From Candidatus Latescibacterota bacterium (GTDB taxonomy: Bacteria > Latescibacterota > UBA2968): a stretch of DNA of 64,000 bases. A program made the translations under genes and the position numbers. The stretch lies in assembly GCA_022824945.1 (NCBI GenBank), contig JAJDYX010000013.1:513-64512 (forward strand), written 5' to 3'. The notes below the pieces were generated by a model. That model made no database searches. It was not told the DNA's origin and saw only the letters and a program-made list of their open reading frames with translations. Below are positions 36,116-44,282 of the stretch, piece after piece (position 1 is the first letter of the stretch; every line of letters starts with the position of its first letter).

Positions 36116-36361
36116 ATGCCAAAAAAATGCAGACCATGTCCCCGAGGTTTATACGACGGGTGCCCGATTCCGCGGGAGTTGTGTAGCGAAGATTACGCGC
36201 GTACGGGCGAGTGGCATTGTTTGATGTTTTTGCGCGAGTTTGAGTGGTTTGTGTTTGGTACTTCTGGGGAAGACGCCGCGCCAGAGGCTCTCAGAACGGG
36301 AGAAGAAATTGTGTCGCTGGAGGATTTGATGCGGGTGCTGGAGGGAATGGACGATGGGTGA
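36116..36361 (+). CDS. Small Cys-rich hypothetical protein (81 aa)
   Basis: A GAGG lies 7 nt before the ATG. The start is 10 nt after the glnA stop, and the stop overlaps the hemE start (ATGGGTGA). The N-terminus is CRPCPRGLYDGCPIPRELC. Confidence 0.5.
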   Translation: MPKKCRPCPRGLYDGCPIPRELCSEDYARTGEWHCLMFLREFEWFVFGTSGEDAAPEALRTGEEIVSLEDLMRVLEGMDDG

Positions 36362-37394
36362 TAGATCAGATCGTTTTTTAAAGGCGTGTCGCCGCGAGTG
36401 TGTGGATGCGACGCCTGTTTGGCTTATGCGTCAGGCCGGGCGGTATATGAAGGAGTACTGGACGTATCGCGATCGCTACAGTTTTCTCGATATGGTGAAG
36501 ACGCCCGAGATCTCTACGGCGATTACGATGCAGCCCGTGAATGCTTATGATGTGGATGCTGCGATTATTTTTCAGGATTTGTTGCCGATTCTCGAAGCGA
36601 TGGGTTTGGATCTGGACTATGTAAAGGGCGAGGGTCCGGTTATTCACAATCCGATTCGCACCGTGGCAGATATCGATGCGTTGATCGTGAGACCGGCCGA
36701 AGAGGCGATGCCTTATGCGGGTGATGCTATTCGGATGGCTACGGCAGAACTCGATGGTCGCGTTCCGTTGATTGGTTTTGCAGGTGCGCCTTTTACGCTG
36801 GTTTGTTATGCGGTGGAAGGCGGTTCGTCGCGCAATTACGAGATTGCCAAGGGGTTGATGTACGGCGAGTCAGCGCAGTGGCATCGTTTGATGGATATGA
36901 TGGCGACGGCGATTGGCGATTATCTCATCGCTCAGGCACGGGCGGGGGCGAGGGTGTTGCAGGTGTTTGATAGCTGGGTCGGTGCGTTGAGTCCGGCAGA
37001 TTATCGCGAGTACGTGTTGCCGCATTCGCAAAAGGCGATTGCGATTGCGAAGGGAGAAGTCGATGTGCCGCTTATTCATTTTGGCACGGGTACGGCGGGT
37101 ATTCTCGAGTTGTTGAAAGAGGCGGGGGGCGATGTTATTGGCGTTGATTGGCGCATTGATATAGATGTGGCGTGGCGTCGTTTGGGCGATGATGTGGGTG
37201 TGCAGGGGAATCTGGATCCCGTTGTGTTGTTCGCGCCTTTTGAGGAGATTGAGCGGCAGACGAGGCGGATATTGGATTCGGTGAGGGGAAGGCCGGGGCA
37301 TATTTTTAATCTGGGTCATGGGATTTTACAGCGCACACCGGTGGAGAATGTGCGGAGGTTGGTTGATTTTGTGCATGAATATACGGCGCGATGA
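36354..37394 (+). CDS. hemE: Uroporphyrinogen decarboxylase
   Basis: It has the HemE signature PVWLMRQAGRYM...Y and FQDL, plus the C-terminal GHIFNLGHGI. Confidence 0.93.
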   Translation: MGDRSDRFLKACRRECVDATPVWLMRQAGRYMKEYWTYRDRYSFLDMVKTPEISTAITMQPVNAYDVDAAIIFQDLLPILEAMGLDLDYVKGEGPVIHNPIRTVADIDALIVRPAEEAMPYAGDAIRMATAELDGRVPLIGFAGAPFTLVCYAVEGGSSRNYEIAKGLMYGESAQWHRLMDMMATAIGDYLIAQARAGARVLQVFDSWVGALSPADYREYVLPHSQKAIAIAKGEVDVPLIHFGTGTAGILELLKEAGGDVIGVDWRIDIDVAWRRLGDDVGVQGNLDPVVLFAPFEEIERQTRRILDSVRGRPGHIFNLGHGILQRTPVENVRRLVDFVHEYTAR

Positions 37395-38325
37395 AAAGAC
37401 AATAGGTGTGCTTTTGATGGCTTATGGCAGTCCCGATTCGCTGGACGATATGGCGGCTTATTTGAGCGATATTCGGGATGGCAGGCCGATGTCGCCAGAG
37501 TTTGTGGCGGAGTTTCGCAGTCGCTACGCGCAGATCGGTGGCAGGTCGCCGCTGAATGAACGCACGTTTGAGCAGGCAGGGCATGTCGAGGCGGTGTTGA
37601 AGAAGCGCGGGCGGAATGTGAAGGCGTACACGGGGATGCGTCATTGGAAGCCGCGGATTGTGGAGGCGGTGGCGAAGATGCAGGGGGATGGCGTTGAGAA
37701 GGCCGTGGGTATTGTGATGGCACCGCATTATTCGCGGATGAGTGTTGGGTTGTATCAGCAGAAGGTCGAGGATGCGCAAAGAGAAGTGGGGAGTGCTATT
37801 GATTTTGTCTATGTCAATTCGTGGTGCGATCAGCCCCGGTTGATTGAGGCGCAGGCGGCAAAGGTACGGGCGGGGTTGGAGAAGTTTCCAGAGGATGCGA
37901 GGCAGAAGGCAAAGGTGGTTTTTTCGGCGCATAGTTTGCCGGCCCGGTTGTTGAAGATGGGCGATCCCTATGATGATGAATTAAAATGCAATGCACAGGC
38001 GATTGTGGATCGATTGGGGCCGGTGGATTGGATGTTTTCATATCAGAGTGCCGCGCATACGGGCGAACCCTGGTTGGGTCCGCAGATTGAAGATGTGATT
38101 CCCGCTCTATCTTCTGGCAATTACCGCGATGTTCTGGTCTCGCCTATTGGTTTTGTGTGCGATCACGTCGAGGTGCTTTACGATATTGATATCGGTTGCC
38201 AGGAGATTGCACGACAACGCGGGATTCGCCTCGAACGCACAGAGATGATGAATAGCGATCCCGTGTTTATCGAGGCGGTTGCAGATGCGGTGGAAGAGGT
38301 GATCCGCAGAAAAAAACGCGAATAA
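37375..38325 (+). CDS. hemH: Ferrochelatase (or coproporphyrin ferrochelatase)
   Basis: It contains IGVLLMAYGSPDS, YAQIGGRSPL, RHWKP, FSAHSLP and VCDHVEVLYDID. The start overlaps the hemE 3' end, so its exact position is uncertain. Confidence 0.9.
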   Translation: MNIRRDEKTIGVLLMAYGSPDSLDDMAAYLSDIRDGRPMSPEFVAEFRSRYAQIGGRSPLNERTFEQAGHVEAVLKKRGRNVKAYTGMRHWKPRIVEAVAKMQGDGVEKAVGIVMAPHYSRMSVGLYQQKVEDAQREVGSAIDFVYVNSWCDQPRLIEAQAAKVRAGLEKFPEDARQKAKVVFSAHSLPARLLKMGDPYDDELKCNAQAIVDRLGPVDWMFSYQSAAHTGEPWLGPQIEDVIPALSSGNYRDVLVSPIGFVCDHVEVLYDIDIGCQEIARQRGIRLERTEMMNSDPVFIEAVADAVEEVIRRKKRE

Positions 38326-38340
38326 TTTGAGCGTTTTTCG

Positions 38341-38428
38341 CAGATGGACGCAGATGTGTAGGGGCGAACTCTTGTGGTCGCCCATCGTTGTGATTTTCAG
38401 AAATGTAGGGGCGAGGCATGCCTCGCCC
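38341..38428. repeat. REP-like cluster: CAGATGGACGCAGATG motif plus two GTAGGGGCGA...TCGCCC palindromic units
   Basis: Unit 1 is at 38358-38383. Unit 2 contains a perfect 20-nt palindrome, GGGCGAGGCATGCCTCGCCC, at 38409-38428. Confidence 0.75.
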
Positions 38429-38444
38429 AAAATTAGATAGCGAT

Positions 38445-39821
38445 ATGCATATAACTATTATTGGCGGTGGCATAGCGGGTCTTGCGACCGCTTTTTATTT
38501 GGAAAAAAGAGCGAGAGAACTGGGTCGGGATGTCCAGTATTCCTTGCTGGAGCGCAGTGACCGATGGGGCGGGATGATCGCGACAGAGTCGGTGGATGGT
38601 TTTTTGATTGAGGGCGGTCCGGATTTGTTGTTGACGCAAAAGCCCGCGGGTATTCAGTTGTGTAAGGATTTGGGGTTGGCGGATCGGTTGATTTCGACGA
38701 ATAATGATCGCCAGCGGACGTTTTTGGTGCGGGATGGGGAACTGGTGGCTTTTCCGGAGGATTTTTCACTGGTGCCCGCGAGATTCTGGCCTCTGGTGAC
38801 TTCGCCTCTGTTTTCGTTTTTGGGAAAGGTGCGGATGGGGCTGGAGTTGTTTGTGCCGCGGCGGAGAGATGAGGCCGATGAGAGTCTGGCGAGTTTTATT
38901 CGGCGGCGGTTGGGCAGGGAGGCTGTGAATATTGGCGGGGCGATGCTGGCGGGTATCCACAGTGCAGATGCAGAGCGTTTGAGTATGCGGTGTGCGTTTC
39001 CGATGTATGTGGCGATGGAGCAGCACTATGGGAGTTTGATTAAGGGGGTGCGGGCGATGAGGAAGGTGCGCGCATCTACGGGGACCGCGATGTTTCAGAC
39101 GCTGATTGGCGGGATGGGTGAGTTGGTCGATACTTTGATTGCGGGTTTGGATGGGGATTTGCGCCGGGGTGTTGTGGTTGGGGATGTGCGAAAGGTGGAT
39201 GGGGGGTTTGAGGTGGTCGCAGGTACGGAGGTGATTGAGACAGATGCCGTGGTGATGGCGACGCCGGCTTATGTGAGTGCTGATCTGGTGGCGGATTTTG
39301 CGCCTGATTTGAGTCTTTTGTTGCGCGATATTCGCTATGTTTCAACGGCGACGGTTTCGCTGGCGTATCGGAAGAGAGATGTTGAGGGTCAACACGATTT
39401 TGAGGGGTTTGGTTTTTTGTCGCCGAAACACGAGGGGCGGCGGATTACGGCGTGTACCTATGTTTCGACGAAGCTGAATTTTCGCGCGCCGGACGATGGC
39501 GTTCTGGTGCGTACTTTTGTGGGGGGAGCAGGGCGTGAAGATCTGGTGGGTCTGGATGATGAGGCGTTGATTGCACTGTCGCGCGAGGAGTTGGAAGATT
39601 TGATGGGGTTGACGGCTGATCCTCTGTTTGCGCGCGTTTTTCGCTGGAGAAAAGGACGCCCCCAGTTCGATGTGGGGCATCTGGATCGCGTGGCTGAAAT
39701 GGAGCATCTGGCCGCGCAGGTGGATGGGTTGTTTTTGACAGGGAGTGCGTATCGCGGGTCGGCGATTCCCGATTGTGTTGTGCAGGCGGTGGATACGGTG
39801 GATCGGATTTTTGGGATCTGA
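38445..39821 (+). CDS. hemY: FAD-dependent protoporphyrinogen/coproporphyrinogen III oxidase (HemY/CgoX type)
   Basis: The product begins MHITIIGGGIAGLATAFYL (GxGxxG) with HemY-like sequence throughout. The ORF-track ATG at 38418 lies in the centre of the 20-nt palindrome, so I prefer ATG 38445. Confidence 0.88.
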   Translation: MHITIIGGGIAGLATAFYLEKRARELGRDVQYSLLERSDRWGGMIATESVDGFLIEGGPDLLLTQKPAGIQLCKDLGLADRLISTNNDRQRTFLVRDGELVAFPEDFSLVPARFWPLVTSPLFSFLGKVRMGLELFVPRRRDEADESLASFIRRRLGREAVNIGGAMLAGIHSADAERLSMRCAFPMYVAMEQHYGSLIKGVRAMRKVRASTGTAMFQTLIGGMGELVDTLIAGLDGDLRRGVVVGDVRKVDGGFEVVAGTEVIETDAVVMATPAYVSADLVADFAPDLSLLLRDIRYVSTATVSLAYRKRDVEGQHDFEGFGFLSPKHEGRRITACTYVSTKLNFRAPDDGVLVRTFVGGAGREDLVGLDDEALIALSREELEDLMGLTADPLFARVFRWRKGRPQFDVGHLDRVAEMEHLAAQVDGLFLTGSAYRGSAIPDCVVQAVDTVDRIFGI

Positions 39822-39835
39822 CAGACGTTAGGAAC

Positions 39836-39990
39836 CACCGATGAACACAGATATACACAGATGAAAAACTTTTTGTGCAGGCAGAGTTTGTCCCATTGAT
39901 CTGATAGAGCAGTACATTTGTTGCACATATTTCGGGATAGGCAATACAGCAACCATCCGTGTTCATCGGTGTTTATCTGTGGTTGCTTTT
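39836..39990. repeat. Inverted repeat pair (CACCGATGAACAC / GTGTTCATCGGTG) of the CAGATGAACAC repeat family flanking ~110 bp
   Basis: Perfect 13-bp arms lie at 39836-39848 and 39959-39971. The right end carries ATCTGTGGTTGCTTTT (39975-39990), identical to 3531-3546. Confidence 0.7.
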
Positions 39991-40016
39991 GATTTTTTAT
40001 TTTAATTGATGAATCC

Positions 40017-40811
40017 ATGTTTATTACAACCCATAAACATTTCAAGACGATTATCATGGTTGCCACCCGGTCCCTGGATGACAAGGGGTGGGTTCTTGTG
40101 GGTGGCTCTGTTTTGCGCCTGTTGCGCGTTGTGTTTCTGCTTTCTCTGTGGCGTATGTTGTTGCCAGAGTCCGGGGAGGTTTCTGGTATGACGCGCAATG
40201 CGGTGCTTACTTATACCCTGATTGCCGAGGTTTTTGCCGGGCAGATTTCTGTGCGTACAGGTCTGGATGGGGCGCTCTGGCGCGGGGATATTGCCAATCG
40301 CTTTTTGCGCCCGGTGGGTATTTACGGCCAGTTTATCGCGGAGATGTTTGGTTCGGGTTTGCCCAATCTCATTTTGTTTTCACTGCCGCTTTTTTGTTTG
40401 GCGCCCCTTTTGGGGGTTAATCCATTGCCGGAGAGCGCGTCTGCGGGCGTTTTGTTTTTGGGTAGTTTGATGCTGGGTATTGCCATTGGTGCGGCGTTTG
40501 ATTTCATTTTTGCGAGTTTTATGGTTTTGCTGGAACAACATGTCTATGCTTTGACGCAGATTCGAGATGCGGTGAGTGTTTTGTTGTCGGGCGCTATTAT
40601 TCCACTGGCGTTGATGCCATGGGGTATTGGGGATGTTCTGGTTTTTTTGCCTTTTGCATCGCTGGCTTCCGCGCCGCTACGCATTTATACGGGTACGGGG
40701 GATCCCGTTTTTCTCATTGGCCTTCAGGCTTTCTGGGCTGTTGTGCTCTGGCCCGTCGCGCACAGGCTCTGGAATGCCAATCGCGAACGTCTGGTTTCGC
40801 ATGGGGGGTGA
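40017..40811 (+). CDS. ABC-2 type transporter permease (uncharacterised-transport family, COG4587-like)
   Basis: The 264-aa polytopic membrane protein shows about six hydrophobic segments. It belongs to a split operon with the second permease and the ATPase downstream. Confidence 0.7.
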   Translation: MFITTHKHFKTIIMVATRSLDDKGWVLVGGSVLRLLRVVFLLSLWRMLLPESGEVSGMTRNAVLTYTLIAEVFAGQISVRTGLDGALWRGDIANRFLRPVGIYGQFIAEMFGSGLPNLILFSLPLFCLAPLLGVNPLPESASAGVLFLGSLMLGIAIGAAFDFIFASFMVLLEQHVYALTQIRDAVSVLLSGAIIPLALMPWGIGDVLVFLPFASLASAPLRIYTGTGDPVFLIGLQAFWAVVLWPVAHRLWNANRERLVSHGG

Positions 40812-40983
40812 GAGAAGTGTGGTATCAAGACAAAGCGCGCTTAACCCTGCTGTCCTGCATTGACATCAATAGAAATTCAACTTATTTTCAGATTTAATCC
40901 GGACTATTATTGATGTGAGATGCTGGAGCCTGTGAAGATAAGCGAGAGGAAAAATCAGGTCCATACAACAGATTGAGGGTAAT

Positions 40984-41238
40984 ATGACACGCATTCTCGA
41001 AAAATCTCGTTCTCCAAAATGGGTCTATGATGATTCGGGCGAGGTCATTGAGGTGATTCTTGGATATGACGATTTCAAGACGTTGCTTCAAAAAGTGGCT
41101 CGGGAAACAGATTGGGAGACGCTTCCTCTGCACTTGCAGGATGCTGTTGACACCATGTTAATGGATGAAGCGAATGAGGAGAATAGCGAAACGCGGCCTT
41201 TGCGCGATTTGATCCGTGAAACTGGAGACGTATCTTAG
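40984..41238 (+). CDS. Putative antitoxin partner of the RelE/ParE toxin
   Basis: The 84-aa acidic protein ends 2 nt before the toxin start. I assign it by position and size, not by a recognised motif. Confidence 0.55.
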   Translation: MTRILEKSRSPKWVYDDSGEVIEVILGYDDFKTLLQKVARETDWETLPLHLQDAVDTMLMDEANEENSETRPLRDLIRETGDVS

Positions 41239-41240
41239 CA

Positions 41241-41501
41241 ATGGCTTACGCTGTTCATATGCGTTCAGCGGCAGAACGAGAACGCCGTCGGTTGCAGGGC
41301 CATATTCGTCAACGCATTAACCGACATCTTCTCCAACTGGAAGCAGAGCCACGTCCTTCAGGCGTGGAAAAACTGGTTGGTCGCCTGAATTCGTGGCGTA
41401 TTCGCGTGGGAGACTATCGCATTCTTTATGAAATTGACGATACGAATCAGCGCGTTATCATCCACCGTATCGCTCATCGGCGCGATGTATATCAGCGCTA
41501 A
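41241..41501 (+). CDS. RelE/ParE family toxin
   Basis: The 86-aa product shows LEAEPRPSGVEKLVGRLNSWRIRVGDYRILYEIDDTNQRVIIHRIAHRRDVY, a classic RelE/ParE pattern. Confidence 0.85.
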   Translation: MAYAVHMRSAAERERRRLQGHIRQRINRHLLQLEAEPRPSGVEKLVGRLNSWRIRVGDYRILYEIDDTNQRVIIHRIAHRRDVYQR

Positions 41502-41559
41502 AAAATAAAGCACTCACTCAGTATGCGTGGGTGCTTTTGTGGTAAGAGGGAAATTCTTT

Positions 41560-42393
41560 GTGAAAACTTTGACAACACTCATCGCCCGCTGGCGGGTGCA
41601 GGCTTATCTGGATTTTATGTGGATGACGCGAGATTTTCGGTTTTTTTTCATTAATATTGTTTCCGATATTATTCTCAATCTGGCGGGTGTTACTGCTGTT
41701 TTTTTTCTGGCAGAGCGGTTTGAGGGTATTGGCCTGTGGTCGCGGGATCAAATTGTTTTTATGCTGGGTTATGCCGCGCTTGTTCGCGGTTTTTTAGATA
41801 TGGGGTTTAGCTATAATGTTCTCCAGATTAGCCGCCGCATTGGGCGCGGTCAGATGGATCATACGCTCGTGCAACCCCAGCCGGTGTGGATGGGGTTGTT
41901 GACAGAGGGTTTTATGCCTTTTTCCGGGGCGTGGTCTTTGCTTACCGGGATTGGTATTTGGACGTGGGCTATTTTTCAGTTGGATGCGGTGTTTACGCTG
42001 TACTGGTGGTTGATGTTTTTTAGCAATCTCGCGTCTTCTTGCGCGATTGTGCTATCTTTTTCTTTTGCGTGGGGGAGTCTGGCTTTTTGGGCTCCGGTTG
42101 CTGCGGAAGAAATTAGCAGTCGCGCGGTTAATTTTATGTTTCAGCTCAAGTCTTTTCCTCTGGATGGTTTGAGTGTTTATGTGCTTGCCAGTATGCTTAC
42201 GGTTTTGCCCGTTGGTTTTGTCGCGTGGTATCCCTGCCGCCAGTTGCTCGGTATTGCGCCTGCAAACCTGTGGCATACGCCGCTTGTGGCGATGGTTTTC
42301 TCTCTTATTGCCTGGATTTTATTTAAAAAGGGAATGCAGCACTATGAACAGACCGGGTCACAGCGCTACCTCGGTTTCGGACATCGCGGTTGA
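41560..42393 (+). CDS. ABC-2 type transporter permease (COG3694-like)
   Basis: It is a polytopic membrane protein. I prefer the GTG start at 41560, which is preceded by AGAGGG; the ORF-track alternative is 41527. Its 3' end overlaps the ATPase start. Confidence 0.7.
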   Translation: MKTLTTLIARWRVQAYLDFMWMTRDFRFFFINIVSDIILNLAGVTAVFFLAERFEGIGLWSRDQIVFMLGYAALVRGFLDMGFSYNVLQISRRIGRGQMDHTLVQPQPVWMGLLTEGFMPFSGAWSLLTGIGIWTWAIFQLDAVFTLYWWLMFFSNLASSCAIVLSFSFAWGSLAFWAPVAAEEISSRAVNFMFQLKSFPLDGLSVYVLASMLTVLPVGFVAWYPCRQLLGIAPANLWHTPLVAMVFSLIAWILFKKGMQHYEQTGSQRYLGFGHRG

Positions 42394-43375
42394 GCTTTCC
42401 GAGGTCGATAAGATTTTTTACCAGCGCCAGCGTTCGGAGAAGGTTCGGGATGTTTTCAAGAATTTGTTTCGGCCCAATGTCCGGGAGATTCGCGCATTGC
42501 AAAAGGTGAATCTCGAGATTCGCCGTGGCGAGGTCGTCGCGTATGCGGGGCCCAATGGTGCGGGAAAATCCACGACTGTGAAGCTGCTTTCCAGTGTGCT
42601 TGCACCTACTTCTGGGACTGTTCGCTGTCTGGGCATGGATCCCATGAAGGATCGCGTCCATTATGTGAAGCGCATTGGCGTGGTTTTTGGTCAGCGGACA
42701 GAGTTGTGGTGGGACCAGCCGGTTGCGGCGAGTTTTGAGTGGAAGCGCGTGGTGTGGGATATTCCCCGGGACCGGTATGACGCTATGCTCGATTTTGTGA
42801 AGGAGCTTCTCGGGATTGATGCGTTTTTCAATAGTCTCGCGCGGCAACTCAGTTTGGGGCAAAAGATGCGGGCAGACCTGGCTCTTATGCTTATGCACGA
42901 GCCTGAGATTCTCTTTTTGGACGAGCCTACTATCGGGGTTGATGTGCTTGCCAAACGCAATATGCTGGAGTTTATCAAGAGTCTCAATCGGGAAAAGGGC
43001 GTTACGGTTATGATCACGAGTCACGATATGGATGAGCTGGAGCAACTCGCGGGGCGCATTGTGATGATCGATAAGGGCAATATCGCTTTTGATGGGGATT
43101 TTCGGGAGTTGCGCGGTCAGTTTGGTGACCGCAGGCATCTTATTATTGAGACTGCCGATACGTCTCCGCCGCAACTTTCAGACGTTCAATTTATCGAGAG
43201 CAAGAGCAATCGCCATCACTTTACTTTTGATGCGGCGCAAATATCGATACCGACATTGCTCGATGAAGCGGCGGAGCAAACGACTATTCGCGATGTGGAA
43301 ACACACCGCGCCCCGATTGATGATGTGATCGCGGATATGTATGAGTATTGGGATGGGAAGGGGGGGGAGGAATAG
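42344..43375 (+). CDS. ABC transporter ATP-binding protein
   Basis: It has Walker A GPNGAGKST, the signature LSLGQKMRADLA and Walker B ILFLDEPTIGVD. I place the start at ATG 42344 (MNRPGH). Confidence 0.9.
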   Translation: MNRPGHSATSVSDIAVELSEVDKIFYQRQRSEKVRDVFKNLFRPNVREIRALQKVNLEIRRGEVVAYAGPNGAGKSTTVKLLSSVLAPTSGTVRCLGMDPMKDRVHYVKRIGVVFGQRTELWWDQPVAASFEWKRVVWDIPRDRYDAMLDFVKELLGIDAFFNSLARQLSLGQKMRADLALMLMHEPEILFLDEPTIGVDVLAKRNMLEFIKSLNREKGVTVMITSHDMDELEQLAGRIVMIDKGNIAFDGDFRELRGQFGDRRHLIIETADTSPPQLSDVQFIESKSNRHHFTFDAAQISIPTLLDEAAEQTTIRDVETHRAPIDDVIADMYEYWDGKGGEE

Positions 43376-43410
43376 GAGGGAATAGACTTGCTAAAATGTC
43401 GATCTTCGTA

Positions 43411-43791
43411 TCAGGCGACCTGCTCCTCCTGGAGGCCTTTTACTCTTTTGCCAAAACGTTCACAAAAAAAACGCACACATTCGGGAGCGAGATCAATGGC
43501 TTGTTCGTCATATTCACCTGTTTCGGGATTGGGCCAAATCAAGGCATAGTCGCCAATCACCTGATGAAATCGCTCTTTATTGCGTAACAACTCAAAAACG
43601 CCTCCTGGATTTTCTTCAACAAAGAGTGGATAAAAATCCAGTTCATAAATGGAAACATCGAGGTCTTCTTCAAACCAAAGGCGCAAGACGTAAGTGGTCA
43701 GATATTCGGCTTTGAGTAGCCCTTTTTCTTTATTATCTATCCACAGAGTTTCGTCGTCTGCTACAGTTTGCCATTCTTTCCATTTCATCAT
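43411..43791 (-). CDS. Hypothetical protein, possibly DUF2442-like
   Basis: The 126-aa product has a C-terminal pattern, GGVFELLRNKERFHQVIGDYALIWPNP...DLAPECV, that resembles DUF2442. This call is weak. Confidence 0.45.
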   Translation of the reverse strand: MMKWKEWQTVADDETLWIDNKEKGLLKAEYLTTYVLRLWFEEDLDVSIYELDFYPLFVEENPGGVFELLRNKERFHQVIGDYALIWPNPETGEYDEQAIDLAPECVRFFCERFGKRVKGLQEEQVA

Positions 43792-43829
43792 ATTATCCCA
43801 CGATAGAAATCGGTTAAAAAAACAAGGGG

Positions 43830-44282
43830 CTAATTGACTGATTTGACAATTTCGATTTTGACTCTGGCTACGCCTTCGTTGACCATGGCGAGCTTTTTGG
43901 CTGCGCCGAGGGAGAGGTCGAGGATGCGACCTTTGATAAAGGGACCGCGGTCGTTTACTTTGACGACGACGGATTTGCCGTTTGCCATGTGGGTGACGCG
44001 GATTATTGTGCCGAGGGGCAGTTCGCGGTGTGCGGCGGATAAGCCGTTCATGTCGTATATTTCACCGCTGGCTGTTGGTCGTCCGTGAAATTTGTGCGCG
44101 TAGTAAGACGCATAGCCAATTTGAGATGATCGGTATTTTGGGGCGGCGGTTGTTTTGGCGGGTTTGGAGGGTTTGGGTTTGTCTGTGATGGGTTTGCCTC
44201 GATAGCGAGGGTGCGAGGCACATCCCATGATGGAGACGCAGAGGAGGATGCAGAGCAGGTGTGAAATTTTAATGCGCCGCAG
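43830..44282 (-). CDS. rlpA: Septal ring lytic transglycosylase RlpA-like lipoprotein (DPBB domain)
   Basis: It contains GYASYYAHKFHGRPTASGEIYD...AAHRELPLGTIIRVT...VVVKVNDRGPF and the lipobox SIMGC. The start is uncertain. I propose a CTG at 44282 just before RRIKISHLLCILLC, because the longer ORF overlaps pyrD. Confidence 0.75.
   Translation of the reverse strand: MRRIKISHLLCILLCVSIMGCASHPRYRGKPITDKPKPSKPAKTTAAPKYRSSQIGYASYYAHKFHGRPTASGEIYDMNGLSAAHRELPLGTIIRVTHMANGKSVVVKVNDRGPFIKGRILDLSLGAAKKLAMVNEGVARVKIEIVKSVN

Noticed and set aside
38418-38444. The ORF-track start of hemY at 38418.
   Set aside because: This ATG is the centre of a perfect 20-nt REP-like palindrome. The GxGxxG motif fits the ATG at 38445 better.
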